In this document: piece after piece, positions 45,610 to 54,558 of the stretch | Numbering within the stretch: position 1 is the stretch's first letter | How the letters are laid out: the number at the start of each line of letters is the position of its first letter | Source: an uncultured Saccharofermentans sp. | Lineage (GTDB): Bacteria > Bacillota > Clostridia > Saccharofermentanales > Saccharofermentanaceae | NCBI GenBank assembly: GCA_905234715.1 | Contig: CAJOJI010000001.1 | Location: 8,582 to 72,581, forward strand | Length of the DNA: 64,000 nt | Direction: 5' to 3' | The notes under the pieces: generated by a model | What the model saw: only the letters and a program-made list of their open reading frames with translations | What the model was told of the DNA's origin: nothing | The model's database searches: none | Position numbers and translations under genes: made by a program

Positions 45610-46248
45610 TTATTTAGTTTTCTTCTGTTTGCTGAAAAACAGTTTACCCACAAGACTTATTGCAGGCCCCAAGAAGATTGCCATTAATAATATTCCCACA
45701 ACAGGTGTTCCTCCTGCAAGGATTCCGACAAGAATGGCCGCAAAATCCCACCCCATACGGACAAGCATCTTAGGGAACTTCGGAAATCTGTCGGCAACCT
45801 TTTGCGTGATTATCTTCGGCAGTGCATCGTAAGGTGCAACACCCATATCTGAATTTATGTATACGGCCGCGCTGATGATAAAGCACAAAAGCGCACCGAG
45901 AAATACAGGCCACCTTGTAATGTTATCTGTGAATATATGAGAAGGAATCGTCTTACTCCATACCCAGTCAAAGAAGTCCACGTAATAACCTACAAGGACC
46001 ATGTTAAATACTGTTCCGAAACCAAGACTCGATCTGTCCCAGAATATGACGATTACGAGCATGACGGCATTAATGATAAGCTGCCATGTGCCGAAGAGCA
46101 TTCCTATCTTAAGGGAGATTGCTTTGTTCATAAAGGAACAAGGGTCTGTACCGAGTCCGCACAGCATCAGAAACGAGAGAAAGAATCCCATCCCGAACAC
46201 GGCAAGAAAACAAATAATTATCCGCTTAATATCAAGCTTGAACTTCAT
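45610..46248 (-). CDS. YczE/YyaS-like membrane protein
   Basis: LGTDP, G.GTVFNMVLVG and GVAPYD repeats. Confidence 0.8.
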   Translation of the reverse strand: MKFKLDIKRIIICFLAVFGMGFFLSFLMLCGLGTDPCSFMNKAISLKIGMLFGTWQLIINAVMLVIVIFWDRSSLGFGTVFNMVLVGYYVDFFDWVWSKTIPSHIFTDNITRWPVFLGALLCFIISAAVYINSDMGVAPYDALPKIITQKVADRFPKFPKMLVRMGWDFAAILVGILAGGTPVVGILLMAIFLGPAISLVGKLFFSKQKKTK

Positions 46249-46261
46249 ATTCTGCCTCTAT

Positions 46262-46738
46262 TCATGACTCGTTTACCAGCTTGCCGGTCATGTGTTCAGG
46301 AATCAGTTCGAGGCATTGAGCTCTCGGAAGCGCAAATTCAACCTCATGCTTTATGTATTCTTCATCATCAGAGAATTTTCGGCACAAATTTGTTCCTATC
46401 TTCACTTTCAGTTCCTGATCTGTAACAAATCTGATTCTGCCGAAAACGACGACCGAGGTTATGTTCAGAGCCCATTCGCCTTCTTTTCGAAAACCTTCAT
46501 CCATAACGCAATAGCTGACCTTGTCGCATTTGGTTATTGCATCGATCTTATGACCTTCTTTGGCGCCGTGATAATAAAGCCTGCCATTCTCTTCGCAATA
46601 CCAGTGATCAAGAGGAATGCCATAAGGATATCCGTCATCGCCTATCATCGAAAGGACTCCTCTGGGCTGTTCCTTTAAGACACGGATACACTCCTCTTCA
46701 CTTACCTGCTGTTTGAATCGTCTCATCTCTCTGAACAT
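46262..46738 (-). CDS. Pyridoxamine 5'-phosphate oxidase-like (NimA-type) flavoprotein
   Basis: MRRFKQQ, PYGIPL, YYHGAKEGHK, SVVVFG, TGK. Start moved to ATG 46738. Confidence 0.85.
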   Translation of the reverse strand: MFREMRRFKQQVSEEECIRVLKEQPRGVLSMIGDDGYPYGIPLDHWYCEENGRLYYHGAKEGHKIDAITKCDKVSYCVMDEGFRKEGEWALNITSVVVFGRIRFVTDQELKVKIGTNLCRKFSDDEEYIKHEVEFALPRAQCLELIPEHMTGKLVNES

Positions 46739-46861
46739 AGAACAGCCCCCTAATAATTGATTGAATAATATTACCACACCCTCAAGGTTTGTATTAATCC
46801 TCCAATTCTTCTGAATTAAGGATAGAATATATTCAATCTGTCACGAAGGAATCAGGATCTG

Positions 46862-47803
46862 ATGAAGATATATTTCGCGCCGCTCGAAGGCATTACAAAT
46901 CATAGATTCCGCAATATCTATGAGGGACTCTACGGTCACATAGACAAGTATTTTGCGCCGTTTATCTCGCCTTCCGAAAAATGCCCGCTGACACCGCGCG
47001 ACAGAAAAGAGCTCACTCCCGAAAACAACACCGGACTCAATCTTGTCCCCCAGATCCTTTCATGTAAATCACAGTACTTTATTGAAGCCGCAAAAGAGCT
47101 TAAGGCAATGGGATATAACGAATTGAACCTTAATCTCGGTTGCCCTTCAGGAACTGTCTGTGCGAAAGGCAGAGGCGCGGGGTTCCTTCCCGAGACATTG
47201 GCACTTCAAAAGTTTTTAGATGACATCTATGCTTATGCCGAATCTGACGGAATGAAGATATCCATTAAAACGAGGCTCGGCTACTACGATCCTGACGAGT
47301 TTTACGATCTTGTTGAGATCTTCAATGCTTTCCCCGTAAGCGAGTTGATAGTACACCCAAGGATAAGATCAGACTTCTATAAAGGAGAACCCAGAAGAGA
47401 ATACTTTGAATATGCTCTGGAGCACGCCAAATGTCCTCTCGTATACAACGGAAACATCTTTACCGTTAAAGACTACGACGAGCTTACAGGCCGTTTTAAA
47501 AGCGGTCTTGACCCCGTAATGCTGGGAAGAGGTCTCATATCCGATCCGTCTCTTGCTGACAAGCTCAAAGGATTCACAACAGAGACTGACTTCACAAAAC
47601 TCAGGAAACTTCATGACACCCTTTACCATGAGTATCAGAAGAACATCTCACCCGATATTAATGTCCTTTATAAGATGAGGGAACTCTGGACTTACTGGCA
47701 GTTCCTTTTCGACGGCAACGAACGTGATATCAAGCGCCTTTTGAAAGCAAAGAAATACGCGGAATACGAAGATATCGTATACCGCGCACTGCTGACTGAT
47801 TAA
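46862..47803 (+). CDS. dus: tRNA-dihydrouridine synthase family protein
   Basis: FAPLEGIT, NLNLGCPS, SIKTRLG, IVHPR, YNGNI, MLGRG. Confidence 0.88.
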   Translation: MKIYFAPLEGITNHRFRNIYEGLYGHIDKYFAPFISPSEKCPLTPRDRKELTPENNTGLNLVPQILSCKSQYFIEAAKELKAMGYNELNLNLGCPSGTVCAKGRGAGFLPETLALQKFLDDIYAYAESDGMKISIKTRLGYYDPDEFYDLVEIFNAFPVSELIVHPRIRSDFYKGEPRREYFEYALEHAKCPLVYNGNIFTVKDYDELTGRFKSGLDPVMLGRGLISDPSLADKLKGFTTETDFTKLRKLHDTLYHEYQKNISPDINVLYKMRELWTYWQFLFDGNERDIKRLLKAKKYAEYEDIVYRALLTD

Positions 47804-47812
47804 GATTAACTT

Positions 47813-48547
47813 TTATATAGTGTATTCAGCTAATTCATTTTCGTTTCCGGAAAAGACATTCATATCGATATAAACTTCTTTACCGTCGTAACCTTTGAGC
47901 CTGTGTCTGTTCGAATACTGCCAGAACACCCAATCGACATCAACAGGTATACCGGAGTAAACACTCCTGTACCACAAACCGCAGTCTTCAAAATAACCCT
48001 GAACAATTGTCCTGTAAGAACTCTCGCTGACATAGATAATCGGTTTTACGCCGTACTCATCTGTCAGGATATCGACCATTATCCTGAGTTCTTTCCTGAC
48101 CGCATCAACATCGATAGTTTCTGCCGAAGTGAAAATTCCGTAGTATTCAACATCTATTGCAGGAGGCAGCATATCATCAGCAGTTCCGACCGTATCGATA
48201 AAATTCTTAGCCTGTGTAGAACCTGCAGATTCAAAACTGAAGAAATGATAAGCGCCAACTTTGATATTTGTTTTCGACGCACCCTGCCGGTTATGACTGA
48301 AATACGGGTCCTGTGAAGATGAACCTTCAGTAGCTTTTATATAAGCAAAATCTACATCCTGAGCGGCCAGCACAGGCCAATCGACATTTCCCTGATAGGA
48401 AGAAACATCAACACCACGTACCGTAAGTCCTTTTATTTCAGGGTTATTGATATGTATCACTCCGAAATAAAGCAGACAAGCTAAGAGCACTGCGAGAGCG
48501 AGCAAAAAACTTGCAGTAAGTATTACAACCTTAAGTTTTTTCTTCAT
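47813..48547 (-). CDS. GH25 lysozyme/muramidase with N-terminal membrane anchor
   Basis: GVDVSSYQG, YIKATEG, GAYHFF, IDVE, FWQYS, DMN. Confidence 0.9.
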   Translation of the reverse strand: MKKKLKVVILTASFLLALAVLLACLLYFGVIHINNPEIKGLTVRGVDVSSYQGNVDWPVLAAQDVDFAYIKATEGSSSQDPYFSHNRQGASKTNIKVGAYHFFSFESAGSTQAKNFIDTVGTADDMLPPAIDVEYYGIFTSAETIDVDAVRKELRIMVDILTDEYGVKPIIYVSESSYRTIVQGYFEDCGLWYRSVYSGIPVDVDWVFWQYSNRHRLKGYDGKEVYIDMNVFSGNENELAEYTI

Positions 48548-48556
48548 GCAACCCTA

Positions 48557-49495
48557 TTACGAATCTTGAATTACATATTCGCATTCAGTGCTGTCGTCAC
48601 CTGCCCAAATAGGATCGAAGAAATAGTGGTAGTCATAAGTGATCGTTGCCTGATGTCTGGAATTGGGATTAAAACCATCGTAGGATTCTGCAACTGCAGC
48701 AGCAAAGTCTGTATCATCACTTAATTCCATCCACTTGATCTCACAGGAAGACTGCTTCTCATAATCATCCCAGAATGTGTTCAAGTGTTCCAGATATGAC
48801 TCATCGCTGTCGAATAAGACATACGGTGCCCGCAGCCATGTGTTAACAACAGTCTTATCATCAACCAGCTCGGCGCTGAATTCGCAGCCGCCGACAAAAT
48901 TTCTGGTAACACCGTTGGTGAATGAATAAGCATAATACATCAGGAACTTGTAGGACCATCCGCCGTTGTAAACGTCTTCCAACAGATAATAGTATTCGCC
49001 GTCTTTCATATAACAGGCATATAACGACGTATGGTCTTCATTGTTTTGGGACATGAGAAAATCTCCGGCTTCATCTGACTTGTCTTCGCCGTCAACCCTG
49101 AGTCTTTCCAATGTCGAATAGTCTTCTGAAATCTCATAATAGAACGTATTTGATAACGCACCCGAAGTTGTAATTGCGGAAACGATAACCTCCAACCTTC
49201 CGTTGTGATTCAGATCCGCAACCGCAAACGACGGTAATGAATATGCTTCTAAATACGCTGAATAATCAGATTTTATGAAACCATAACTGTTGGCTATGAT
49301 CTCAATCTGAGCATCAACATCAGAAGAATACTGCTTTTCAGTGTCAGGTACATAAGCAGACTCTTCACTTTGCGTTGTTGATGTTACGGTTGTTTCCGGT
49401 TGAGTTTCCTTTTGTTTTTCCACAGGTGCTTTAGAGCATGATGTTGCCGTCAGCAACATGCCTGCCGCCACAAAGACTGCAATCCTCTTTTTCAT
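48557..49495 (-). CDS. Hypothetical lipoprotein
   Basis: Lipobox ATSC, T/S/E-rich linker, acidic ectodomain. Confidence 0.7.
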   Translation of the reverse strand: MKKRIAVFVAAGMLLTATSCSKAPVEKQKETQPETTVTSTTQSEESAYVPDTEKQYSSDVDAQIEIIANSYGFIKSDYSAYLEAYSLPSFAVADLNHNGRLEVIVSAITTSGALSNTFYYEISEDYSTLERLRVDGEDKSDEAGDFLMSQNNEDHTSLYACYMKDGEYYYLLEDVYNGGWSYKFLMYYAYSFTNGVTRNFVGGCEFSAELVDDKTVVNTWLRAPYVLFDSDESYLEHLNTFWDDYEKQSSCEIKWMELSDDTDFAAAVAESYDGFNPNSRHQATITYDYHYFFDPIWAGDDSTECEYVIQDS

Positions 49496-49648
49496 TATTT
49501 TATCCTCCCTTTATTCCGAAGTTTTCCAAACTTCTCGCAAAAATACTTTATTATTATAAACCAGAATTCCGCCTTCTACAAAATATCGGTTGGACGAAAC
49601 CTTCTTAGACAGTGTTTGCTCACGAGAAGAACATGGTATATTAAGAAT

Positions 49649-50017
49649 ATGGATAGATTAAAAAGTACGATGCTTAAAGCCTTAAGATTTGTAAGAACCA
49701 AACTGCCGATCATATGCACAGCCGTCTTCGGACTGTGCTGGCTTGCTTACCTTATAAATGCTGAAATCCACGGACATTCTTTTGACGGTGCTCCGCCGGC
49801 TTTTTGGAATACGCTGGAAGCCATAAGCAATGTCATGCTTATTAATTCATTGGTCTTCGTCATCAGCTTTTCGGCTTTTATGATGATAAAACCGTTGCCT
49901 AAAAAATTGAAATTGTTAAGGGTCTTTCTGAGACTGATCATTACTTTGATCGTATCAGTGTTCTTCCTTGGCTGTACCTACTTATCTGTGGGCGCATTCT
50001 ACGGGTTCGGCGGTTAA
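49649..50017 (+). CDS. Hypothetical membrane protein
   Basis: Three hydrophobic segments; start uncertain. Confidence 0.5.
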   Translation: MDRLKSTMLKALRFVRTKLPIICTAVFGLCWLAYLINAEIHGHSFDGAPPAFWNTLEAISNVMLINSLVFVISFSAFMMIKPLPKKLKLLRVFLRLIITLIVSVFFLGCTYLSVGAFYGFGG

Positions 50018-50136
50018 ACATTCTCTTTACATCCCCACAGGAAATAATGATATGAATTCTTCATATGAATTACTATAAAAGCAATATCTTTCTTTATCTT
50101 CTCCAGATAGTAATGATCATTCTTAGTATTATCCAT
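50014..50136 (-). pseudogene. Truncated HEPN/DUF86 (HepT-like) toxin gene, 40 codons
   Basis: ATG 50136 overlaps the antitoxin stop (ATGGATAA). MDNTKNDHYYLEKIKKDIAFIVIHM resembles HepT N-termini from memory. No RxxxxH motif before the stop. Confidence 0.6.
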
Positions 50137-50602
50137 AAATTCTAATACCATCCCTTAGTATTTCATCAGTTAGTTTAAGATTATCCTTAAGCTGATCCAA
50201 ATTAAGTACATCTACTTTCTTATGTAAGGCTAATCTGAGTTTTTCAACTAACCCATAAAACTTAAGTCCTTTCACATCAGATGAAATCAAAAGGTCCAAA
50301 TCACTAGATTCAGTTGCTTTTCCTTTGGCATAAGATCCAAACAAAATACAATAGTGCACGGGATATTCATCAAATACTTCTTTGCACTTATCTCTGATGA
50401 AATCCATATCCAGAATGCCGTGTTCCTCATCTATAGGATTCAAAGCTTTGAGCTTATCCAAAATGTAAGCATATTTGATAGTGCCTTCTTTATCTTTATC
50501 GTTCTCATACGATTTATATGACCTAAGCGAAATACCTACCAGATCTGCCACTTGCTGTTGTGTTAACTTTTTTTCTAATCTCAGTTCTTTAACCTTACTC
50601 AT
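50129..50602 (-). CDS. XRE-HTH fused to a minimal nucleotidyltransferase (MntA-like antitoxin)
   Basis: LTQQQVADLVGISLRSYKSYE HTH plus LFGSYAKG...SDLDLL...KVDVL MNT motif. Confidence 0.88.
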   Translation of the reverse strand: MSKVKELRLEKKLTQQQVADLVGISLRSYKSYENDKDKEGTIKYAYILDKLKALNPIDEEHGILDMDFIRDKCKEVFDEYPVHYCILFGSYAKGKATESSDLDLLISSDVKGLKFYGLVEKLRLALHKKVDVLNLDQLKDNLKLTDEILRDGIRIYG

Positions 50603-50625
50603 CTTGCACCTCGCCCAACAATCGA

Positions 50626-50704
50626 ATGCACAGTTTGCACCAGTTTCATTTTAATAGTGCAATATTTGCACCAGCTTGTCAAGTTTTGGTGCAAATATTG
50701 CACC
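50626..50704. promoter_or_regulatory. Phased GTGCAA-N3-TTGCAC operators upstream of HTH-MNT
   Basis: Perfect copies at 50657-50671 and 50689-50703, degenerate copy at 50626-50640 (31-32 bp apart). TTGACA on the minus strand lies between the two perfect copies. Confidence 0.7.
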
Positions 50705-50796
50705 CGCTTAACACTATGCAGGCAAGTTATATATACCTGCCAAATTCATCAGTAAGGTATGCCAAGCTCCTCACCTATGCAGTTGAATAGAATCAG

Positions 50797-51414
50797 TTAT
50801 TGCAATTGCTTTGGCAGTTTAAACTTTCTAATATTCTGGTTTATTATTTCCGTGAAATCTTCTTCGCTGTCTAACGCATCCAACCAATAACAGTAATGCT
50901 CAGCATCTCCTCCATAGCTCTCGCGTATCTTATTCTTACGCAACAGTTCTTCCTTAAGTGATTCTCCGGATTCCATTTTTTCAAACCATGGCAACAAAAA
51001 TATTTCTATTGCATCCATGACATTTCGAAAACTGATCTCAGCAATCTCATCATCTGCGTAATCCCACCAGGTATCCCTGTTCCTGATCAGTTTTCCGAGC
51101 CTGTCTGTCAAATCATAATAAAAGAAGTCATGAGGCGTGTATAAGGGTATAAGTGCATAATTGACCGTAAATGTTTTCGAGCCAAAGTGGTCTTTCTGCA
51201 GACCGATAAATTCCAATATATCAAGCTTATTTCTTCTTAAGTATGAACCGGTCTTGTATTTTACAAAGCCCTTTTTACACAGGAAATCATCCATCTTCTT
51301 TTTCTGAGTCTTAAAGGCTTCGTCAGCTTTTTCTTTGTCTATTAATTCCAGTTCTTCTTCAGACCGTAAAGCTCCGTCCCACGTTCCTTTTAGCTCAAAC
51401 ATTTCACTTTTCAT
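50797..51414 (-). CDS. Hypothetical protein (DUF4304-like)
   Basis: 205-aa ORF with FL..KGF.KYK and FTVNYA segments. Confidence 0.55.
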   Translation of the reverse strand: MKSEMFELKGTWDGALRSEEELELIDKEKADEAFKTQKKKMDDFLCKKGFVKYKTGSYLRRNKLDILEFIGLQKDHFGSKTFTVNYALIPLYTPHDFFYYDLTDRLGKLIRNRDTWWDYADDEIAEISFRNVMDAIEIFLLPWFEKMESGESLKEELLRKNKIRESYGGDAEHYCYWLDALDSEEDFTEIINQNIRKFKLPKQLQ

Positions 51415-51441
51415 CTTTCTTTATTCAAACAATCTGCTGAT

Positions 51442-51521
51442 TTAACTTTCTGCAACAAACCACTGATCCATTGCAGGTTCATATATTCTTCTGCTGTAAT
51501 CTGATCAACGTATCTTATCAT
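51442..51521 (-). pseudogene. Internally deleted gene remnant, probably a GNAT
   Basis: RBS plus MIRYVDQITAEEYM, joined out of frame to EPAMDQWFVAES-stop; 80 nt total. Confidence 0.45.
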
Positions 51522-51564
51522 CCTCTGATTGCCTCACATAATGATCTTTATCCGCTCCAGCGGC

Positions 51565-52494
51565 TCACTTTGTATGATGTCCGATGTTTTTCCAGTACGA
51601 AAAATGGAATCCTTTTCCATATCCGATTTTCTCATAAAACGGATCTCCGCCACCTGACATATGTGTCGCGCCGAGAGATTTCATTCTGCGGTAGTGCTTT
51701 GTGAGAGCAGCTGCGGCAAGTCCCTTTCTGCGGTGCTCAGGAGCGGTGCATAACGGTTCCATATAAGCCAGCTTATTTTGCGGAATCCACCACATTCCGG
51801 AAAAGCATGCATACTCACCGTTTTCATCCGCAATAACCACGTCGTACTCATGTGTTGAATGAGGTGACGGCGCCATCCATTCTGCTACGCAGTCCTTATG
51901 CGATTTTGCGGGCGTCCAGTCATTGCTGTCATCATACTTATCCCAATCAGTAAAAGCTTGGTTCTCGCCGTGGTCAAACCCATACCAGCACAGCTTGGAC
52001 AGCTTTAAAACATCAACATCCTCAGGCTCAACAAAATGATATCCATCAGTCAGTTCGTAATTCAGTTCATTCTCAAAACCAAACACACGGCTCTCGTATT
52101 CAAATACCATACTGTATCCGTGCTTTTTAGCAGACTCCATTAAGAATTCCTGTCCGTTGAAAAGAACAAATTGCTGGTTGCCGTCGAAATTTGGCATAGT
52201 CGTAACTGCATACTCCATCAGATCGTCGGCAAGAGATTCGTAACCTTTTCGAACTGCGAAATAAATGTCAGTTACAGGTGCCTCATAATAAACAAAAGCA
52301 ACTACCTTATCACCATCAAACCACAATCTGTCCAGATGCGAATAAGATGCATCCATCCATGACGCACGGATCGCATGCTCAAAAAACGGAGCAGGCATAC
52401 CGCTGCCATTTTTCCTGTCGTAAATATCAACCAGAAAATCCCATACAAGATTTATATCCGTCAATATTTGAAATTGTTTTGTTGTTATAGCCAT
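51565..52494 (-). CDS. GNAT family protein
   Basis: EPLCTAPEHRRKGLA and FYEKIGY. Confidence 0.8.
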   Translation of the reverse strand: MAITTKQFQILTDINLVWDFLVDIYDRKNGSGMPAPFFEHAIRASWMDASYSHLDRLWFDGDKVVAFVYYEAPVTDIYFAVRKGYESLADDLMEYAVTTMPNFDGNQQFVLFNGQEFLMESAKKHGYSMVFEYESRVFGFENELNYELTDGYHFVEPEDVDVLKLSKLCWYGFDHGENQAFTDWDKYDDSNDWTPAKSHKDCVAEWMAPSPHSTHEYDVVIADENGEYACFSGMWWIPQNKLAYMEPLCTAPEHRRKGLAAAALTKHYRRMKSLGATHMSGGGDPFYEKIGYGKGFHFSYWKNIGHHTK

Positions 52495-52517
52495 ATCCTA
52501 TTTCCCCATTTTTCAGT

Positions 52518-53075
52518 CTAATTCATTTCCTGCTTTAAGATCGAGAAAACCATTCTTCCTTCATAGTGATCTTTACGCCAGAAGAAATCACGGAATGTGC
52601 CTTCATATGTCAGTCCGCACTTTTCGATTACTCTTCGTGATGCTTCGTTTTCCGTCCTGCAGTCGATCTCAATCCTGTGAAGATTCAGCTTTTCAAAACC
52701 AAATGCAATAACAGCTTTCGTCATCTCGGTAGCATATCCTTTTCCTTGGAATGTAGGTCCGATAACATACTCGATCTCAGCATGTCTGTTGTTTGTATCC
52801 ATGGTGAAAAACGCGATCTGTCCGATGCATTCTTTTGTCTCTTTTTCTATTACTGCCCAGCGGTAATAATCATCCTTTGAATAGGAAACAATATACTTCG
52901 TATCGAAAAGTTCACGCACTGCATCAGGAGTAGAATAATACGGTTCGCCGTAATCCCATTGTGTCTTTTCATCAGCAATCCAGTTGCGGAGCATTGAATC
53001 AATATCCGAGTATTCAAACCTGCGGAGTATCAAACGTTCCGTCTCGATCGTTTGAGTTCCTGTATGTGTAATCAT
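52518..53075 (-). CDS. GNAT N-acetyltransferase, RimJ/RimL type
   Basis: ETERLILRRF, FQGKGYATE, NEASRRVIEKCG. Confidence 0.9.
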   Translation of the reverse strand: MITHTGTQTIETERLILRRFEYSDIDSMLRNWIADEKTQWDYGEPYYSTPDAVRELFDTKYIVSYSKDDYYRWAVIEKETKECIGQIAFFTMDTNNRHAEIEYVIGPTFQGKGYATEMTKAVIAFGFEKLNLHRIEIDCRTENEASRRVIEKCGLTYEGTFRDFFWRKDHYEGRMVFSILKQEMN

Positions 53076-53089
53076 CTATCCTGTCTCCT

Positions 53090-53512
53090 TCAAGCTTCCA
53101 AAGGTTTAGCCAAAAAATATTTGCTGAGTTTTGGATCCTTATCGACGCGGACAAACTCTGTTTCATACCCGAGTTTTTTATAAAACCCAGGAGCCTGAAA
53201 ACCAAATGTGGTCAGAGTGATCTTTTCGTAGCCTTTGCCGCTATAAGCATTTTCGACCGCTTTAACGAGTTGGCTTCCGATTCCTGACTTTCTATTGTCC
53301 TTACCTATGATCAGATCTCCGATATGGACTTCGTTATAGTATGCGCGTCCGGTTATCGCACCGAGAAGCTGACCATCATCATCCTCAGCCACAAAACAGA
53401 ATTCATCGAAGTTAAGAACAACTCCGCTTTCTTCTGCAAAAACAGTGAATTCACGATTAATGAATTCACCGATCCTGTCATCTATTTCATCAACACGTTT
53501 TACCTGTATCAT
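53090..53512 (-). CDS. GNAT N-acetyltransferase
   Basis: RKSGIGSQL and FQAPGFYKKLGY. Start ATG 53512 or 53545. Confidence 0.85.
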   Translation of the reverse strand: MIQVKRVDEIDDRIGEFINREFTVFAEESGVVLNFDEFCFVAEDDDGQLLGAITGRAYYNEVHIGDLIIGKDNRKSGIGSQLVKAVENAYSGKGYEKITLTTFGFQAPGFYKKLGYETEFVRVDKDPKLSKYFLAKPLEA

Positions 53513-53544
53513 TTCCTGAATTCCTTTATCTGTTATTTTTCTCA

Positions 53545-53751
53545 TTAACCTTGACCTATGCCGTATGCGAATATTTCGAACAGCATAAACATAAGGAAGA
53601 TAATGACAAAGATCAAAGAGATTCCAAGCTGCTTCTTTCCCCTTGCAGTATCAGAGGTAAAAGTTCCCAATATTGCAAAGATCAAACTTATCAGCAATAA
53701 ACCGGCCTGAATGTACGTGTCTGTTTCGCCAAACAAGTATTGAAAAGTCAT
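53545..53751 (-). CDS. Small two-TM membrane protein
   Basis: 68 aa, GGAGG RBS, two hydrophobic helices. Confidence 0.55.
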   Translation of the reverse strand: MTFQYLFGETDTYIQAGLLLISLIFAILGTFTSDTARGKKQLGISLIFVIIFLMFMLFEIFAYGIGQG

Positions 53752-53790
53752 GTTTTAATCCTCCCCATTTTTTAAGATCAGCAAGGGGGC

Positions 53791-54207
53791 TCAGTGCCCC
53801 CTGTGCTTCTCTTTTTTCTTTTGCTGTTTCAGTTCAAACTCACGCTTCTCGTCTGCCAGTTTCTGTTCACGGCTTCTGGTCTTACGTTCCTGTTTGTTCT
53901 GCTCCTGCTGTAATTTGATCGCCTGCTGCGACTTGGTACCGATACCGGTCTCCAAAGTCTGCTTTCGTGCTTCTCGCTGAATCCTTTTGGGATTCTTTGC
54001 AATGTCTTTTACAACAGTGTCCACAGCCGGGCTGAAATGAAGTCCTGTGTAGTATCTGAGAACATATTCATACAGTTCGCAATCTTTCGGTTCAGCACCA
54101 AAAACCACACGTGCTGCAGAAATTTTCCGGTTCTCGATCAGTTCGAAAACGCCTACCCAAAAGGGCTCCTCAAAATACACCGTCAGGCTGCAACGTATCT
54201 TGCCCAT
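53791..54207 (-). CDS. yjdF: YjdF family protein (DUF2992)
   Basis: LTVYFEEPFWVG...FGAEPKD...NPKRIQR...KKEKHRGH. True start is ATG 54207 with AAAGGAGG RBS. Confidence 0.9.
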   Translation of the reverse strand: MGKIRCSLTVYFEEPFWVGVFELIENRKISAARVVFGAEPKDCELYEYVLRYYTGLHFSPAVDTVVKDIAKNPKRIQREARKQTLETGIGTKSQQAIKLQQEQNKQERKTRSREQKLADEKREFELKQQKKKEKHRGH

Positions 54208-54233
54208 GACAATCCCTCCTTTAAGATTGATGA

Positions 54234-54345
54234 GCAAAGAACGGACAACCCGGAGGGGCAGGTTACTTACCCTGTATAACAGGACGGCCGGGCTACCTAC
54301 CGGCTCTGGCATATCTTACGGTATGCGTTGCGTTTTTATCTTTGC
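54234..54345 (-). ncRNA. yjdF (azaaromatic-sensing) riboswitch
   Basis: GCAAAGA/UUCUUUGC closing stem, CCGGUAGGUAGCCCGG and AGUAACCUGCCCCUCCGGGUUGUCC motifs, directly upstream of the yjdF RBS. Confidence 0.9.
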
Positions 54346-54403
54346 ATGTTACGGGATAATTATATCACCTGTGATATCTGTAAAAACATCACAGAGAAAC
54401 ACT

Positions 54404-54556
54404 CTACTTTATCGCCCAGAATCCCGCCTGTAAGTAGGATGTCCACAAGACATTCACAGAGCGGAAACCGCATTTCTTCAGCAGTTCTAAATGCTGTGCG
54501 ATCGTAATGGGAAATACTTCCACGCCGCGTCTTTCGATATGCATCTTAACGTCCTC
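54404..54556 (-). pseudogene. Orphan 3' end of a class I methyltransferase gene
   Basis: EDVKMHIERRGVEVFPITIAQHLELLKKCGFRSVNVLWTSYLQAGFWAIK-stop begins 2 nt after the kinase stop; matches the typical L..CGF..V..W......F.A.K methyltransferase tail. Confidence 0.6.
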
Positions 54557-54558
54557 TT

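Noticed and set aside
47813-48547. GH25 as a prophage endolysin
   Set aside because: It has an N-terminal membrane anchor and no holin or other phage genes nearby.
54208-54312. N-terminal extension of YjdF in the ORF track
   Set aside because: It runs through the riboswitch; the strong RBS supports ATG 54207.
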